Numbered from the stretch's first letter, positions 1 through 12,856 are shown. The stretch is 64,000 bases of DNA from Planctomycetota bacterium (GCA_038227875.1 JBBRPR010000018.1:32001-96000), one strand, 5' to 3'. Program-made: numbers and translations. Notes: generated by a model not told the origin, from the sequence alone.

Positions 1-1
1 C

Positions 2-799
2 ATGACCATCACGATCGACGCCGATGCCCTTTTCCGAGCCGTAACCGCGACGGGTTACAAATTGCTGGCGTACAATCTCGACCTCGAGACCGGCGAGATC
101 ATTTCCCGGACCATGCGCCCTGAAGAAGTGACAGCTCCCCCGCCCGGCCCCAGCGTCCGCCCGCTGCCGAAAATGGGCGGCGATCTGACCGTGAAGAAGG
201 ACCTCAACCCGTTCGGCCCGACCGTGGAAGCGCCGAAGAAAAAGCTCTTCAGCGACGACGACGGACCCAAGAAGCCCGCCTTCGATTCCGAATTCTTCAA
301 GCGCGACGACAAGAAGAAGCCCGACCTCTTTGGCGACGGCGGCTTCAAGAAGGAAAGTGGCGCCAAAAAGCTCGCCGAGATCTTCACGCCACCCGCTCCC
401 AAGAAAGCTGCCGACCCGTTCGCGAAATCCACGCCGCCCGTGCCGGCCGCGCCCGCTGCTCCCACCGCGCCGGGCGATCCAGCAGCTCCTGTCGTCGCTG
501 TCGAAGACCAGAATCCGAAGCGACCGCGCATTCCCGCGGTGACGGAAGTGCAGCAGCTCGAATGGATGTTCGCTTTCGCCAAAGAGTTCGGCGACCCGGA
601 GATCCGCGACCAGATGGGCGCGGCCTTGCAATCGGCCAACCCTCTTCCCGCGTGGGAGCGCCTGCTGCGCAAACACATCCGCGCCGGGCAGCAGTGGGAA
701 CGGTACTACCGCCGCCACGCGCTGTTTTTTGCGGAGACGTGGCTCTCGGATTTCGGCATCGCGTGGGAACTGAAAGAGGAAAGCGAGCAGGGCCACTAG
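2..799 (+). CDS. UPF0158-like protein with a long Pro/Lys-rich low-complexity insertion
   Basis: The N-terminal 'AYNLDLETGEII' and C-terminal 'FAKEFGDPEIRDQMGAAL...W..Y......AETWL..FGI' segments resemble UPF0158. The start is at the window edge. Confidence 0.55.
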   Translation: MTITIDADALFRAVTATGYKLLAYNLDLETGEIISRTMRPEEVTAPPPGPSVRPLPKMGGDLTVKKDLNPFGPTVEAPKKKLFSDDDGPKKPAFDSEFFKRDDKKKPDLFGDGGFKKESGAKKLAEIFTPPAPKKAADPFAKSTPPVPAAPAAPTAPGDPAAPVVAVEDQNPKRPRIPAVTEVQQLEWMFAFAKEFGDPEIRDQMGAALQSANPLPAWERLLRKHIRAGQQWERYYRRHALFFAETWLSDFGIAWELKEESEQGH

Positions 800-817
800 C
801 GGTGTGACTTGGCTTCA

Positions 818-1600
818 CTAGATCTGTATCCGAAACATCGACCCCAACTGCGGAATCGCCATGAACTGTTCGATGCGCGCAACGCAATGCTCCATCGAGG
901 TCCCGACCGCCTCGCGCCCCACAATGCCAAAGCCGTGACCGGGAAAGATCGCGTTGAACTTCATCCCGGCGACGCGCTTTAAGCTCGCTCGAAAATCGGT
1001 CAGCTTCGAATTCCAATTGTAGTCAATCCACCCGATGCAGCCGGAGATGTGCGCCTGATCGCCGATGGCCGTGTCGCCGGTGAAGCACGCCGGTCCGTGT
1101 CCGTTGGGTAATTCAAAGACGAATCCCAGGCAATCCGGCGTGTGTCCGGGAAGTTCGATCACGCGGAGTTCCACATTGCCGACTCGGATCGCATCGCCTT
1201 CGCGCACGACTTCGTGAACCGGCGCGATGGGCGTCCCGGGACCTTTGTAATCGTCTGAGTAAATCCCCTGCTTGCCGCTCAGCGTTTCTTTTGCGAGCGC
1301 ATGCCCGTAGACCGTACAGTCCAGCGTTTTGAGCACGTCGGCCAGACCATCGACGTGATCGGTGTGGCTATGGGTGATCAGCACCTTCTTGATCTTCGCC
1401 ACATCAAAGCCCGCATCAGCAATGTTGCGCAACAAGCCGGGAACACTTTCCGGCTGGCCGACATCGATCAGCGCGAGTTCCGATCCGCCATCCAATAAAT
1501 GGACGTTAGCGCCAGCCAGCGTGAGCTTGCGGAGGCCGTTCCATTCGCCGCACCCGACGACGTAGACGTTGTCTGTAACGTGAAATCGAGATTGAGTCAT
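818..1600 (-). CDS. MBL-fold metallo-hydrolase
   Basis: HSHTDH (HxHxDH), PGHT, FTGD and PGHG motifs. A GGAGG RBS precedes the ATG at 1600. Confidence 0.88.
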   Translation of the reverse strand: MTQSRFHVTDNVYVVGCGEWNGLRKLTLAGANVHLLDGGSELALIDVGQPESVPGLLRNIADAGFDVAKIKKVLITHSHTDHVDGLADVLKTLDCTVYGHALAKETLSGKQGIYSDDYKGPGTPIAPVHEVVREGDAIRVGNVELRVIELPGHTPDCLGFVFELPNGHGPACFTGDTAIGDQAHISGCIGWIDYNWNSKLTDFRASLKRVAGMKFNAIFPGHGFGIVGREAVGTSMEHCVARIEQFMAIPQLGSMFRIQI

Positions 1601-1961
1601 CGGTCCTCCACAACTGCAATTAAAGGTAGCGTTGCGCACGCGGTTCGCTTCACATGTGAAATGGATGAAATCACATGGGCGAAATCACCTGTTTCTGTTG
1701 GGAAATCCCACAGGTGGTACACCGGAAAACGCCAACTGTAGGAAATTACCTCATGCGTCATTTTTTCCTTTCATTCGATTTTTTTATGCAGCGCAGGCCA
1801 ACAAAACCCCGGCTATAATAATCAAGGGTCGGTAGTTTTTTCCATTTAAGAAGCTGGGAAACACCTCGTCTTTTAAAGAGTCGGGAACTGTAAGCAAGTG
1901 TACTAACGTGTGCAATGCCGTGAAGACTGCAATAAGAGGTAGCCGTTTGCAAGGGGGCCTC

Positions 1962-4292
1962 ATGCTAAAGAAACGCGCAGCGATTCTGGCCGTACTCGTC
2001 GCTCCGATCTTTGCTCTGCATGCCGCTGACTACATTCCGCCCAGCGCCGAATCCGCCGCGGATCTGATCAAGCTGCGCCTCGCCACGGATCTCCCGCGTC
2101 TCAAGCAACCGTCGGTGATGATCACGATGTTCGGCTCGCTGGATTCCGTCAAGCTGATCGGCGCCGACAACCAGAACCTCACCGTTAATTACAAAGAGAA
2201 AAACTTCGACCAGGCGTGGAGCAAAATGTCGGTGCAGGACATTGTCACCGTCGCCGATGTCTGCTTCGCCGGCGATGCGCAGGGCATGCTCTCGGAACTC
2301 GACTACACCTTCGCCACCGGACAACTCCAGCGCGCTCACGATCTGATCGAAGAAAAGCTCAAGACCACCACCGACGCGAAGATCAAGCAGCAGCTCGATG
2401 AGCGCATGGCTTACTGGAAGGTAAAGACCACGCCGCAGCATCCTGTCGCCGTCAGCGCGGCGTCGGTACAGACGGGATTCAACGGTGGCGGAAATCCGAC
2501 TGGCGTCCCGGCTGAAGCGGCGGCTTCCAGCTCACCCCTGGCCGCACCCGCGAAGATCGCCTTCACGCCGTCGGAACCCGGCAAGCTTAAGCCGGTGAAG
2601 GAAGTCGCGGCGGCGCTCGACAACGCGATCGAAATCGATCTCGCCGAAATGGGCCTCCGTCCGGAAGCAGTCTGCGACGACCCCGCGTTTCTGCGCCGCT
2701 CTTCGTTGGACTTGACGGGTCAGATTCCGACGCCGGAAGAGGTGATCGGCTTCTTCAACGACAACACGCCCGGCAAACGCGAAAAGAAAATTGAAGAGAT
2801 GCTCAAGCGCCCCGAATACGCCGACCGCTGGGCGACGTTCTGGGAAGTGCTCCTCGTCGGCCGCCACACACGCGACAACGCTGAAGTCGACACCGGCGAA
2901 CTGAAGAACTGGCTGCGTGACGAATTCGCCAAGAACGAACCGTACGACAAGATGGTCACGGAGCTGCTCACCGCCAGCGGCGAGAACGACAAGAACGGCC
3001 CGGTCAATTACCTCTCGTACCATCTGGCCGACACGCTGCCGAATACGATGGCGCATCTTTCGCAGACGTTCCTCGGCGCACGCATCGGTTGCGCGCAGTG
3101 CCACGACCATCCATTCGACAAGTGGACGCAGGACGACTTCTGGGGATTCTCATCGTTCCTGGCCAACACGCGCAGCGAACGCAAGGAACTCCGCGAAGAC
3201 CCCAAGGATCCCAAGAAAGTCACGCGCGCCTGGCACGTCGTCACCGATCAGCAGACCCGCAACGGCGATGGCCGCTACGCGCCGCCGCGCGCTGAACTGA
3301 ATCTACCGCCCCGCGGACTCGACGCGCCGGTCTTCAAGCCCGACGCGCCAGCGAAGACGGCCTTGAAAGCAGAACTCAAGAAGCCAGACGAAAAAAAGCC
3401 CGATGCCAATGCCAAGATGGACAAAGGCATGGAAAAGGGCATGGACAAAAACATGGCCGGCATGGGCATGATGGGCATGGGCGGATCAGGCGGCGATGCC
3501 GGCCAGATGGGCCAGCTCTACCGCCGCGGCCTGGCCGCCTGGATCACCAGCGAGAAGAACGAAAAGTTCGCGCAGTCGGTGGTCAACCGCATCTGGCGCG
3601 AAATGTTCGGCTACGGACTGGTCGAACCCGTCGACGACATTCGCCCCAAGAATCCGCCGTCGCACCCGGAAGTGATGAGCATTCTCGCCAACGATTTCAA
3701 CGCCTCCGGCCGCGATTTGAAGCGCTTGATGGCGATCATCGCCAACACCAAGGCCTACCAGCGCAGCGCCAACGGACAGGGAACGAAAGTCGACCGCATG
3801 AAGGCCGTCCGCAACGCCGCGCGCGCGGAAGTCCGGCCGATGGGCCCCGAGATGCTCTTCACCGCGATCATCAAAGCCTGCGGCGGCGAAGAGAAAGCCA
3901 AGGCGCTGATGGACGGCCTGCGCAAGCGTGATCAGGCCGACATGGACAAGAAGAACGTCGCCGTCGATCAGACCGTGACCGACGTCTACAACCTGATGCA
4001 GCGCTTCATCAACACCTCCACCGCCGAAGACCGCGCGGGCAAGCTGCAGTTCGAGGGCACCGTCTCGCAGGCGCTGATGATGATGCATTCCGATTTCATC
4101 AACAAAGCGATCCGCGACGGCATCTCACGCTTCAAGAAAAAAGGTCAGGCCGACATGATCTACATTTTTGCTGCAACGCTCGGCCGTCCGCCAACGCCTA
4201 TAGAATCGGCCGCCTTCGCCAGCTACGGCGCGGACCTCGAAGGTACGATGTGGATCCTGCTGAACTCATCGGAATTCGTAACGATACATTAG
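1962..4292 (+). CDS. DUF1549/DUF1553 (PSCyt2/PSD1) planctomycete cytochrome-like protein
   Basis: Signal peptide; 'DDPAFLRRSSLDLTGQIPT', 'GCAQCHDHPFDKWTQDDF', 'VNRIWREMFGYGLVEPVDD', 'NPPSHPE', 'LLNSSEF'. Start placed at MLKKR. Confidence 0.9.
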   Translation: MLKKRAAILAVLVAPIFALHAADYIPPSAESAADLIKLRLATDLPRLKQPSVMITMFGSLDSVKLIGADNQNLTVNYKEKNFDQAWSKMSVQDIVTVADVCFAGDAQGMLSELDYTFATGQLQRAHDLIEEKLKTTTDAKIKQQLDERMAYWKVKTTPQHPVAVSAASVQTGFNGGGNPTGVPAEAAASSSPLAAPAKIAFTPSEPGKLKPVKEVAAALDNAIEIDLAEMGLRPEAVCDDPAFLRRSSLDLTGQIPTPEEVIGFFNDNTPGKREKKIEEMLKRPEYADRWATFWEVLLVGRHTRDNAEVDTGELKNWLRDEFAKNEPYDKMVTELLTASGENDKNGPVNYLSYHLADTLPNTMAHLSQTFLGARIGCAQCHDHPFDKWTQDDFWGFSSFLANTRSERKELREDPKDPKKVTRAWHVVTDQQTRNGDGRYAPPRAELNLPPRGLDAPVFKPDAPAKTALKAELKKPDEKKPDANAKMDKGMEKGMDKNMAGMGMMGMGGSGGDAGQMGQLYRRGLAAWITSEKNEKFAQSVVNRIWREMFGYGLVEPVDDIRPKNPPSHPEVMSILANDFNASGRDLKRLMAIIANTKAYQRSANGQGTKVDRMKAVRNAARAEVRPMGPEMLFTAIIKACGGEEKAKALMDGLRKRDQADMDKKNVAVDQTVTDVYNLMQRFINTSTAEDRAGKLQFEGTVSQALMMMHSDFINKAIRDGISRFKKKGQADMIYIFAATLGRPPTPIESAAFASYGADLEGTMWILLNSSEFVTIH

Positions 4293-4336
4293 TGATGATG
4301 CTGAACGCGTAACCGCCGTACCTGGAGGATTCAATC

Positions 4337-5650
4337 ATGTTCAACACCCCTCTCACTCGCCGCGGTCTGGTGAAAAACTCCATCGCCGCGACGCTCGGCT
4401 TTATGCTGGGGCGCAACCTGATTCCATCCGCTTGGGCGGCCGATGAAAAGGGCGCGGCGCTGAAAGGCACAGGCGTCGGCTCGGCGGCGACCAGCGACTA
4501 CACGCCTGCTAAGGGCAAGGCGAAGAATGTGATCCTGCTCTGGATGGCCGGCGGACCCAGCCACCTCGACACGTTCGATCCCAAGCCCGGCACGAAGTTC
4601 TCCGGCGGCGTCAACGCGATTGAAGCGGCCAACGGTCTCCAGATTTCCGCAAAGTTCCCCAAGCTCGCAGCGCAGGGCCGCCACCTCTGCGTGCTCCGCG
4701 GCGTCTCCTCCAAAGAAGGCGACCACAACAACGCCAGCCATCTCATGCACACCGGCTACCGCGAACAGTCCGGCGTCCAGTTCCCCAGCCTCGGCTCGAT
4801 CGTCTGCGCCGAAGCCAAGGACGGTCCGCGCAGCGAATTGCCCAGCTACGTCTCAATCAACGGCAGCGGCTACGGGGCAGGACTTTATGGCGCCGACTAC
4901 GGCCCGTTCAATTGCAGCGCCGGTCAGCCGATTCCCGATCTGAAAGCGCCGATGTCCGATGTGATCATGGATTCGCGCCGCGACCTGCTCAACAAGCTCG
5001 ACTCCTATTACGCCGGAATGTCCGGCGCACCGCTGGCGCTCGAACACCGCCAAACCTACGAGCGCGCCGTCAAGCTCGCGCGCTCACCGCTGGCGAAGCT
5101 ATTCGAAACCAAGGGCGAAGAGAAAAGTCTCTCCGCGTACGGTGATTCCGGTTTCGGCAAAGCCTGTTACGTGGCCAAGCGCCTGATCAGCAAGGGCGGC
5201 GTCCGCTTCGTGGAAATCGGACAGGGCGGCTGGGACACCCACGCCAAGAACGACGAGAGCACCAAGAATCTCTGCACGCAGGTCGACCAACCCTTCGCGC
5301 GCTTGCTGGAAGAACTCAGCGCCGACGGTCTGCTCGAATCGACGCTGGTCGTCTGGATGGGCGAGTTCGGCCGTACGCCGGACATCAACGCTGGTGGTGG
5401 CCGCGATCATTACCCGCGCTGCTTCAGCATCTGCATGGCCGGCGGCGGAGTGAAGGGCGGCCAGGCGGTCGGCAAATCCAACGCCAGCGGCCACGAACCC
5501 GACGGCAAGGCGATCGTGATTCCCGACTTCTACTACACACTCGCCGATGCCTGTGGCATCGACCCGACCAAGATCCGCGAATCGGCCGAAGGCCGCCCGA
5601 TCCAAGTCGTCGATCGCGGTGCCAAGGCGGTCCCGGGCGTGTTCGGCTGA
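4337..5650 (+). CDS. DUF1501 protein, Tat-exported
   Basis: TRRGLVK twin-arginine signal; 'WMAGGPSHLDTFDPKP', 'GGWDTH', 'GEFGRTP', 'GRDH'. Canonical partner of DUF1549/1553. Confidence 0.92.
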   Translation: MFNTPLTRRGLVKNSIAATLGFMLGRNLIPSAWAADEKGAALKGTGVGSAATSDYTPAKGKAKNVILLWMAGGPSHLDTFDPKPGTKFSGGVNAIEAANGLQISAKFPKLAAQGRHLCVLRGVSSKEGDHNNASHLMHTGYREQSGVQFPSLGSIVCAEAKDGPRSELPSYVSINGSGYGAGLYGADYGPFNCSAGQPIPDLKAPMSDVIMDSRRDLLNKLDSYYAGMSGAPLALEHRQTYERAVKLARSPLAKLFETKGEEKSLSAYGDSGFGKACYVAKRLISKGGVRFVEIGQGGWDTHAKNDESTKNLCTQVDQPFARLLEELSADGLLESTLVVWMGEFGRTPDINAGGGRDHYPRCFSICMAGGGVKGGQAVGKSNASGHEPDGKAIVIPDFYYTLADACGIDPTKIRESAEGRPIQVVDRGAKAVPGVFG

Positions 5651-5685
5651 TCGCTTTGACGCAATGTCATTCCGACCTGATCTTT

Positions 5686-5716
5686 AGAGCCGCGTTTTGA
5701 CGCGGCTCTTACTTTT
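5686..5716 (+). terminator. Probable intrinsic terminator of the DUF1549-DUF1501 operon
   Basis: AGAGCCGCGT-TTTG-ACGCGGCTCT hairpin followed by TACTTTT. Confidence 0.65.
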
Positions 5717-6018
5717 GTAGGCGAGGGACCCTGTGGCAAATTTACCACAGGGTTGCCGTCCCTAAAATCATTGTTAGGGATCGGCACATGCTTCGCGAAA
5801 TGAGGTTCTGTTTGTGTGGTTGCCGTGCCACTTTGACAAGGTAGATCCGGCTCGCCTTCCTCACCTGAGGAAATGACAACCCTACAAAGTGCGCTATGCG
5901 AAGGTTACGTTCCTTGCTATAGTCCGGGAACGTAGTCAGCGTGGCGCAGGCGAGACGTTCCTGCACGGCTAATAGCGGGCCATGAACTTTGGGTCTGCGC
6001 TTCAATGAGGGAATGATC

Positions 6019-8655
<2,637 letters not shown>

Positions 8656-8676
8656 GTCAGGTAACCATTCCGAATG

Positions 8677-8704
8677 AAAAAGGGCGCTTAAAGCGCCCTT
8701 TTTT
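8677..8704 (+). terminator. Intrinsic terminator after clpC
   Basis: AAAAAGGGCGCT-TAA-AGCGCCCTTTTTT hairpin with flanking A and T tracts. Confidence 0.85.
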
Positions 8705-8737
8705 ATTGGATAGTGCTCTCCCAAGAGGTCGAAGCCC

Positions 8738-10309
8738 ATGCCCACCCGCCGCGTCATCAACATCGTCAACTTCATCCGCTACGACGAACCGCGCGTCGCG
8801 ATGGATCTGATGCTGCCGGTCGTCGAACAGATGAAGCTGCTCGCCACTGCGAAGTTGCCGGTGACGTGGCTGCTGCAGTTCGATGCGCTCGTCGCGGGAC
8901 CGTACGTGCCGTTTCTTAAAGCTAATATGCCAGCGAACCACGAAGTCGGGCTCTGGTTTGAAATCAACCGCATGCATTGCGATGCCGCCGGCATTCCGTT
9001 TCATGGAGCCGACGGATTGAACTGGGATTATCACGCCCAAGCGTCCTTAAGCGTCGGCTACACGCCCGACGAGCGGCGAAAGCTGGTCGACGTCGCCGTC
9101 GCCCGCTTCCGCGAGATCTTCGGTCACGCGCCGCGGTCAGTGGCGGCGTGGTACATCGACGCGGTCACGCTCGATCACTTTTCGTCGATGCACAAAATCA
9201 CAGCGACGGCCAACTGCAAGGACCAGTACGGCACCGACGGCTACACGCTCTGGGGTGCGCCGTACGCCGGCGCGTATTATCCGTCGAAACTGAACGCAAT
9301 GGTTCCCGCGTCCACTCCCGAGCAGCAGATCGGCGTACCGCTCTTCCGCATGCTCGGCAGCGATCCGATCCATCAATACGACCTCGATCTCGGCGAACCG
9401 CTGCAGCGCGTGCTCTCGCTCGAACCCGTCTACGGCAACGGCGGCGCCGATCCAAATTGGGTGACGAAGTACCTCGACATCATCGCGCTCTCCCCCGCCC
9501 TCGCCCTCTCCTACGCGCAAGCCGGGCAGGAGAACAGCTTCGGCTGGGAGGCGATGAAATCCGGTTACGAACTTCAAGTCGCAGAATTCGTCCGCCGCCG
9601 TGACGCAGAAGAAGTGGAATTCGAATGCATGGGCGACACCGGGGCGTGGTTTCAGAAATCGTTTCCCGAAACGCCACCGCAGGCAACCACTGCGCTGACC
9701 GATACGCTCGGCGGCAACCGCCGCTCGATCTGGTATCACTCGAAATTCTACCGCGCCAATCTGCTGCTGCAGGACGACGCGATTCGCATCCGCGACATCC
9801 ATCTCTTCAACCAGAATTATCCCGAGCGCTTTCTCACCGAGACCTGCAAGGAACACGCCGCGGTCTTCGACACGCTTCCGGTGCTCGATGGATTGCAGTG
9901 GTCGACGAAGGAGCACCGCGCATGGGGCACGCCGCTGTTACTGCGCGATGGAACGATCGTTCACCCGCTGCGCGCCAAGGCCAATCCGAAAGTCACTGAA
10001 CACGGCTCGGTCCTCGTGCTGGAATTCCCACTCGACGCCGGCGACGGAACGTTGCGCGTGGTCTTCGACGCCGACGCGATGCGCTGGACGCTCTTTCCTT
10101 TCGCGCCGGGATTCACGCTCGGCTTGGAATTCCGCTGGGCACCTGGAGCCCCCGCGACGATGACGGGCGTTTCCGCGGACGCCTTGGAATTCCAACACAA
10201 CGGATTCAAGTATGGAGTCGGCGTCAAAAATTCGAAGATCGAGCGCACGCGCAAGGGTTTCATGCTCAAAGGCGCCGCGACGGAAATCGAACTCCGGTTT
10301 CGCGCGTAG
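8738..10309 (+). CDS. Conserved hypothetical protein, possibly with a glycoside hydrolase/deacetylase-type barrel
   Basis: 523-aa ORF. Motifs 'INIVNFIR', 'TWLLQFDAL', 'NCKDQYGTDGYTLWG' and 'FRMLGSDP' recall a family seen in carbohydrate-utilising bacteria. The function is inferred. Confidence 0.55.
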   Translation: MPTRRVINIVNFIRYDEPRVAMDLMLPVVEQMKLLATAKLPVTWLLQFDALVAGPYVPFLKANMPANHEVGLWFEINRMHCDAAGIPFHGADGLNWDYHAQASLSVGYTPDERRKLVDVAVARFREIFGHAPRSVAAWYIDAVTLDHFSSMHKITATANCKDQYGTDGYTLWGAPYAGAYYPSKLNAMVPASTPEQQIGVPLFRMLGSDPIHQYDLDLGEPLQRVLSLEPVYGNGGADPNWVTKYLDIIALSPALALSYAQAGQENSFGWEAMKSGYELQVAEFVRRRDAEEVEFECMGDTGAWFQKSFPETPPQATTALTDTLGGNRRSIWYHSKFYRANLLLQDDAIRIRDIHLFNQNYPERFLTETCKEHAAVFDTLPVLDGLQWSTKEHRAWGTPLLLRDGTIVHPLRAKANPKVTEHGSVLVLEFPLDAGDGTLRVVFDADAMRWTLFPFAPGFTLGLEFRWAPGAPATMTGVSADALEFQHNGFKYGVGVKNSKIERTRKGFMLKGAATEIELRFRA

Positions 10310-10343
10310 CTACATTCCGCTGCCGTGATAGAACCTCTCGATC

Positions 10344-11825
10344 ATGGCGAAAAAACCGTCGATCATTTTTTTCTGCAAGCAATGCGGCCACGAAACGCAC
10401 CGCTGGGAAGGCAAGTGCCCGGGTTGCCACGAGTGGGATACGCTGGTCGAGGCACCGAGTGAGCAGTCTAAGAACTCCAAGCGCTCCCGCAGTGGCGGCG
10501 GAAGCAATGGCGACGGGCCCACGCGCCTGACGCTCGTCACCGGTTCACAGCCCAAACCCTTGCGCGAACACGCGCGAGAGAAACTGCCGCGCATCCCCGT
10601 GCCCCTGGCGGAATTTCATCGCGTCCTCGGCGGCGGCATCGTGCCGGGCGGCAGCGTGCTCGTCGGCGGCGAGCCGGGCATCGGCAAGTCGACGTTGCTG
10701 CTCCAACTGCTCGCCACGCTCGCGTCCGTTTCGCCGGGCTCCGAAGACGGCAAGCACGGTTTTCTCTACATCACCGGCGAAGAAGCGCCCAGCCAGATCG
10801 CCGCGCGCGGTCTGCGCCTGGCGGATTCTGAAAATGGCAGCAAAGCCGACAGCTTCAAGAAGGGTTACGACAGCGACAACCTGAAACTCGCCAGCGAAAC
10901 CAGCCTCGCCACGATTCTGGAGATGCTCGATGCCGAACGCCCGCGCGTCGCTGTAATCGACTCCGTGCAGACGTTGCGCGATGACGCCTTGAACTCCGCG
11001 CCCGGTTCCGTCAGCCAGGTCCGCGAATGCGCGATGGCGCTGGTCGACGCGGCACGGCAGCTCAACGTCGCCGTCTTCCTGATCGGCCACGTCACCAAAG
11101 ACGGCACGATCGCCGGACCGCGCGTGCTCGAACATGTTGTCGACACGGTGCTGAATTTCGAAGGCGAACCGCGGCTGGATTTGCGCGTGCTCCGTGCGAG
11201 CAAGAACCGTTTTGGCAGCACCGACGAAGCGGGATTTTTCGAGATGACCCCCACGGGGCTCAACGAAGTCCCCGACCCGTCTGCCGCGCTGCTCGACCGC
11301 GACGGCGCGGCCGACAAGGGCGCCGGCTCGGCCATCGGCGCGCTCTGCGAAGGCACGCGCGTATTGCTGATCGAACTGCAAGGCCTGACCGTGCCGGTCC
11401 CCGGCGGCGGCAGCCCGCGGCGCAAGGCCAGCGGCGTCGACGCCAACCGCCTCGCGCAGATTCTCGCCGTGCTCGAAGCGAAAGCCGGCGTGCCTTTCGG
11501 CCTGCTCGACGTCTTCGCCAGCGCGGCCGGTGGTTTCCGCATCGACGAGCCTGCGGGCGACCTGCCGCTCGCCCTGGCGCTCGCCTCCGTCGCCACGAAT
11601 CGGCCGGTGCGCGAACGCCTCGTGGCCGCGGGTGAAGTGGGCCTCGGCGGCGAAATCCGTCCGATCGCGCGCGTCGAAGCGCGCATCGCGGAAGCGCGGC
11701 GACTCGGCTTTCAGAGCGTGCTTCTTCCTGCGCGTGGACGAACTACACTGCCCTCACAGATGAACGGCATGAAAATTCTGCGCGCGCGAACACTGAAGGA
11801 AGCGCTGCTGCTCGGTCTCGCTTAG
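10344..11825 (+). CDS. radA: DNA repair protein RadA/Sms
   Basis: C4 zinc finger (CKQC...CPGC), GEPGIGKST Walker A, KNRFG motif and Lon-like C-terminus (GEVGLGGEIR). Confidence 0.96.
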   Translation: MAKKPSIIFFCKQCGHETHRWEGKCPGCHEWDTLVEAPSEQSKNSKRSRSGGGSNGDGPTRLTLVTGSQPKPLREHAREKLPRIPVPLAEFHRVLGGGIVPGGSVLVGGEPGIGKSTLLLQLLATLASVSPGSEDGKHGFLYITGEEAPSQIAARGLRLADSENGSKADSFKKGYDSDNLKLASETSLATILEMLDAERPRVAVIDSVQTLRDDALNSAPGSVSQVRECAMALVDAARQLNVAVFLIGHVTKDGTIAGPRVLEHVVDTVLNFEGEPRLDLRVLRASKNRFGSTDEAGFFEMTPTGLNEVPDPSAALLDRDGAADKGAGSAIGALCEGTRVLLIELQGLTVPVPGGGSPRRKASGVDANRLAQILAVLEAKAGVPFGLLDVFASAAGGFRIDEPAGDLPLALALASVATNRPVRERLVAAGEVGLGGEIRPIARVEARIAEARRLGFQSVLLPARGRTTLPSQMNGMKILRARTLKEALLLGLA

Positions 11826-12691
11826 CCGTTGGCTTTGCGCCATATCTTCGGTGATTGTCCATGCGCGGCGCGGAAGACGCGGCCGAAGACGCTGGGGTCC
11901 GGGTACCCGACCATTGCTCCGATGCGTGCGAGCGGTAGATCCGAACGTGCGAGCAGCGCCTCCGCCTGGCGCAACCGTTCCTGACGCAGAAAACTGCCGG
12001 GCGTGAAGCCGCGGATCTTCGTGTACTGCACGGTGAACTGCGTGCGGCTCAAGTTTGCAGCGCGTGCAAAATCGGTGACGGAAAATCCCGCGCCCAAACT
12101 CTGCCTCGCTTGCAGTTCCGCACGGGCGAAGCGGGCTTCGAGATCGAATCCCGCGCCGGGATTCCGGCGCTTTGCCTCCGCGGCCACCCACGTCAGCATC
12201 AGCGTCGAGAGCGTCGTCGTGGCTTCCAGATATGCGAGATGATCGTCGCGCTTGAAGAGCGCGATGATGCGCGGAATCGTCTGCGCAAAAATCTCCTGCA
12301 GCGGCTGCGGCACCACGACCGGCAAGTCCACGCCCCAGACGTCCGCCGGCGGCGGCTGGATAAAGCGAGCCGAGGCGCTCAGGTCGGAATCGTAGGGCCC
12401 GGGATGCGGCGCGGAGGCGCGTTGGGGATTCCACATTACATCGAAGTGAATCCACGCCGGCCGGCTGCCACGTTTCGAACCGAGATCGTGGAGCACCTTC
12501 GGCGCCACTAGATAACACCCGCGCGCGGGAATCGTGAACGGCTTGCCGCCGACCACGATCTGCTCTTCTCCGGCCAGCGAACAGACGAGCAGATAATAGG
12601 TCAGACGCCGCTGGGGAATGCTCCACGGATTGCGCGGGCTATCGTCGCCGCCGTGGATGTAGACACAGTACGGACCGCTGGTCGCGAGCAT
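11822..12691 (-). CDS. AraC-family transcriptional regulator
   Basis: N-terminal cupin-like region and C-terminal double HTH 'IGAMVGYPDPSVFGRVFRAAHGQSP'. GGAG precedes the ATG at 12691. Confidence 0.88.
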   Translation of the reverse strand: MLATSGPYCVYIHGGDDSPRNPWSIPQRRLTYYLLVCSLAGEEQIVVGGKPFTIPARGCYLVAPKVLHDLGSKRGSRPAWIHFDVMWNPQRASAPHPGPYDSDLSASARFIQPPPADVWGVDLPVVVPQPLQEIFAQTIPRIIALFKRDDHLAYLEATTTLSTLMLTWVAAEAKRRNPGAGFDLEARFARAELQARQSLGAGFSVTDFARAANLSRTQFTVQYTKIRGFTPGSFLRQERLRQAEALLARSDLPLARIGAMVGYPDPSVFGRVFRAAHGQSPKIWRKANG

Positions 12692-12856
12692 CGCCGCTCC
12701 ACACAAAATGTTGACTGTTCCCATAGGCAGTGTAACTCCTCACTGCTCAATTCAATACAAAAAGTCTATTCCGGAGGACATCTTATCTAATGCATTGCCC
12801 GGCATCGGGAGTAACTTATCTCCAGCGGATCAAACACCTCAAAAGGAGACACTTCG

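Noticed and set aside
1850..1900. Cobalamin-riboswitch-like GGGAA...ACTGTAA fragment
   Set aside because: The other conserved elements (GGTG-AAATCC, GCCACTG) are missing and the downstream gene is unrelated.
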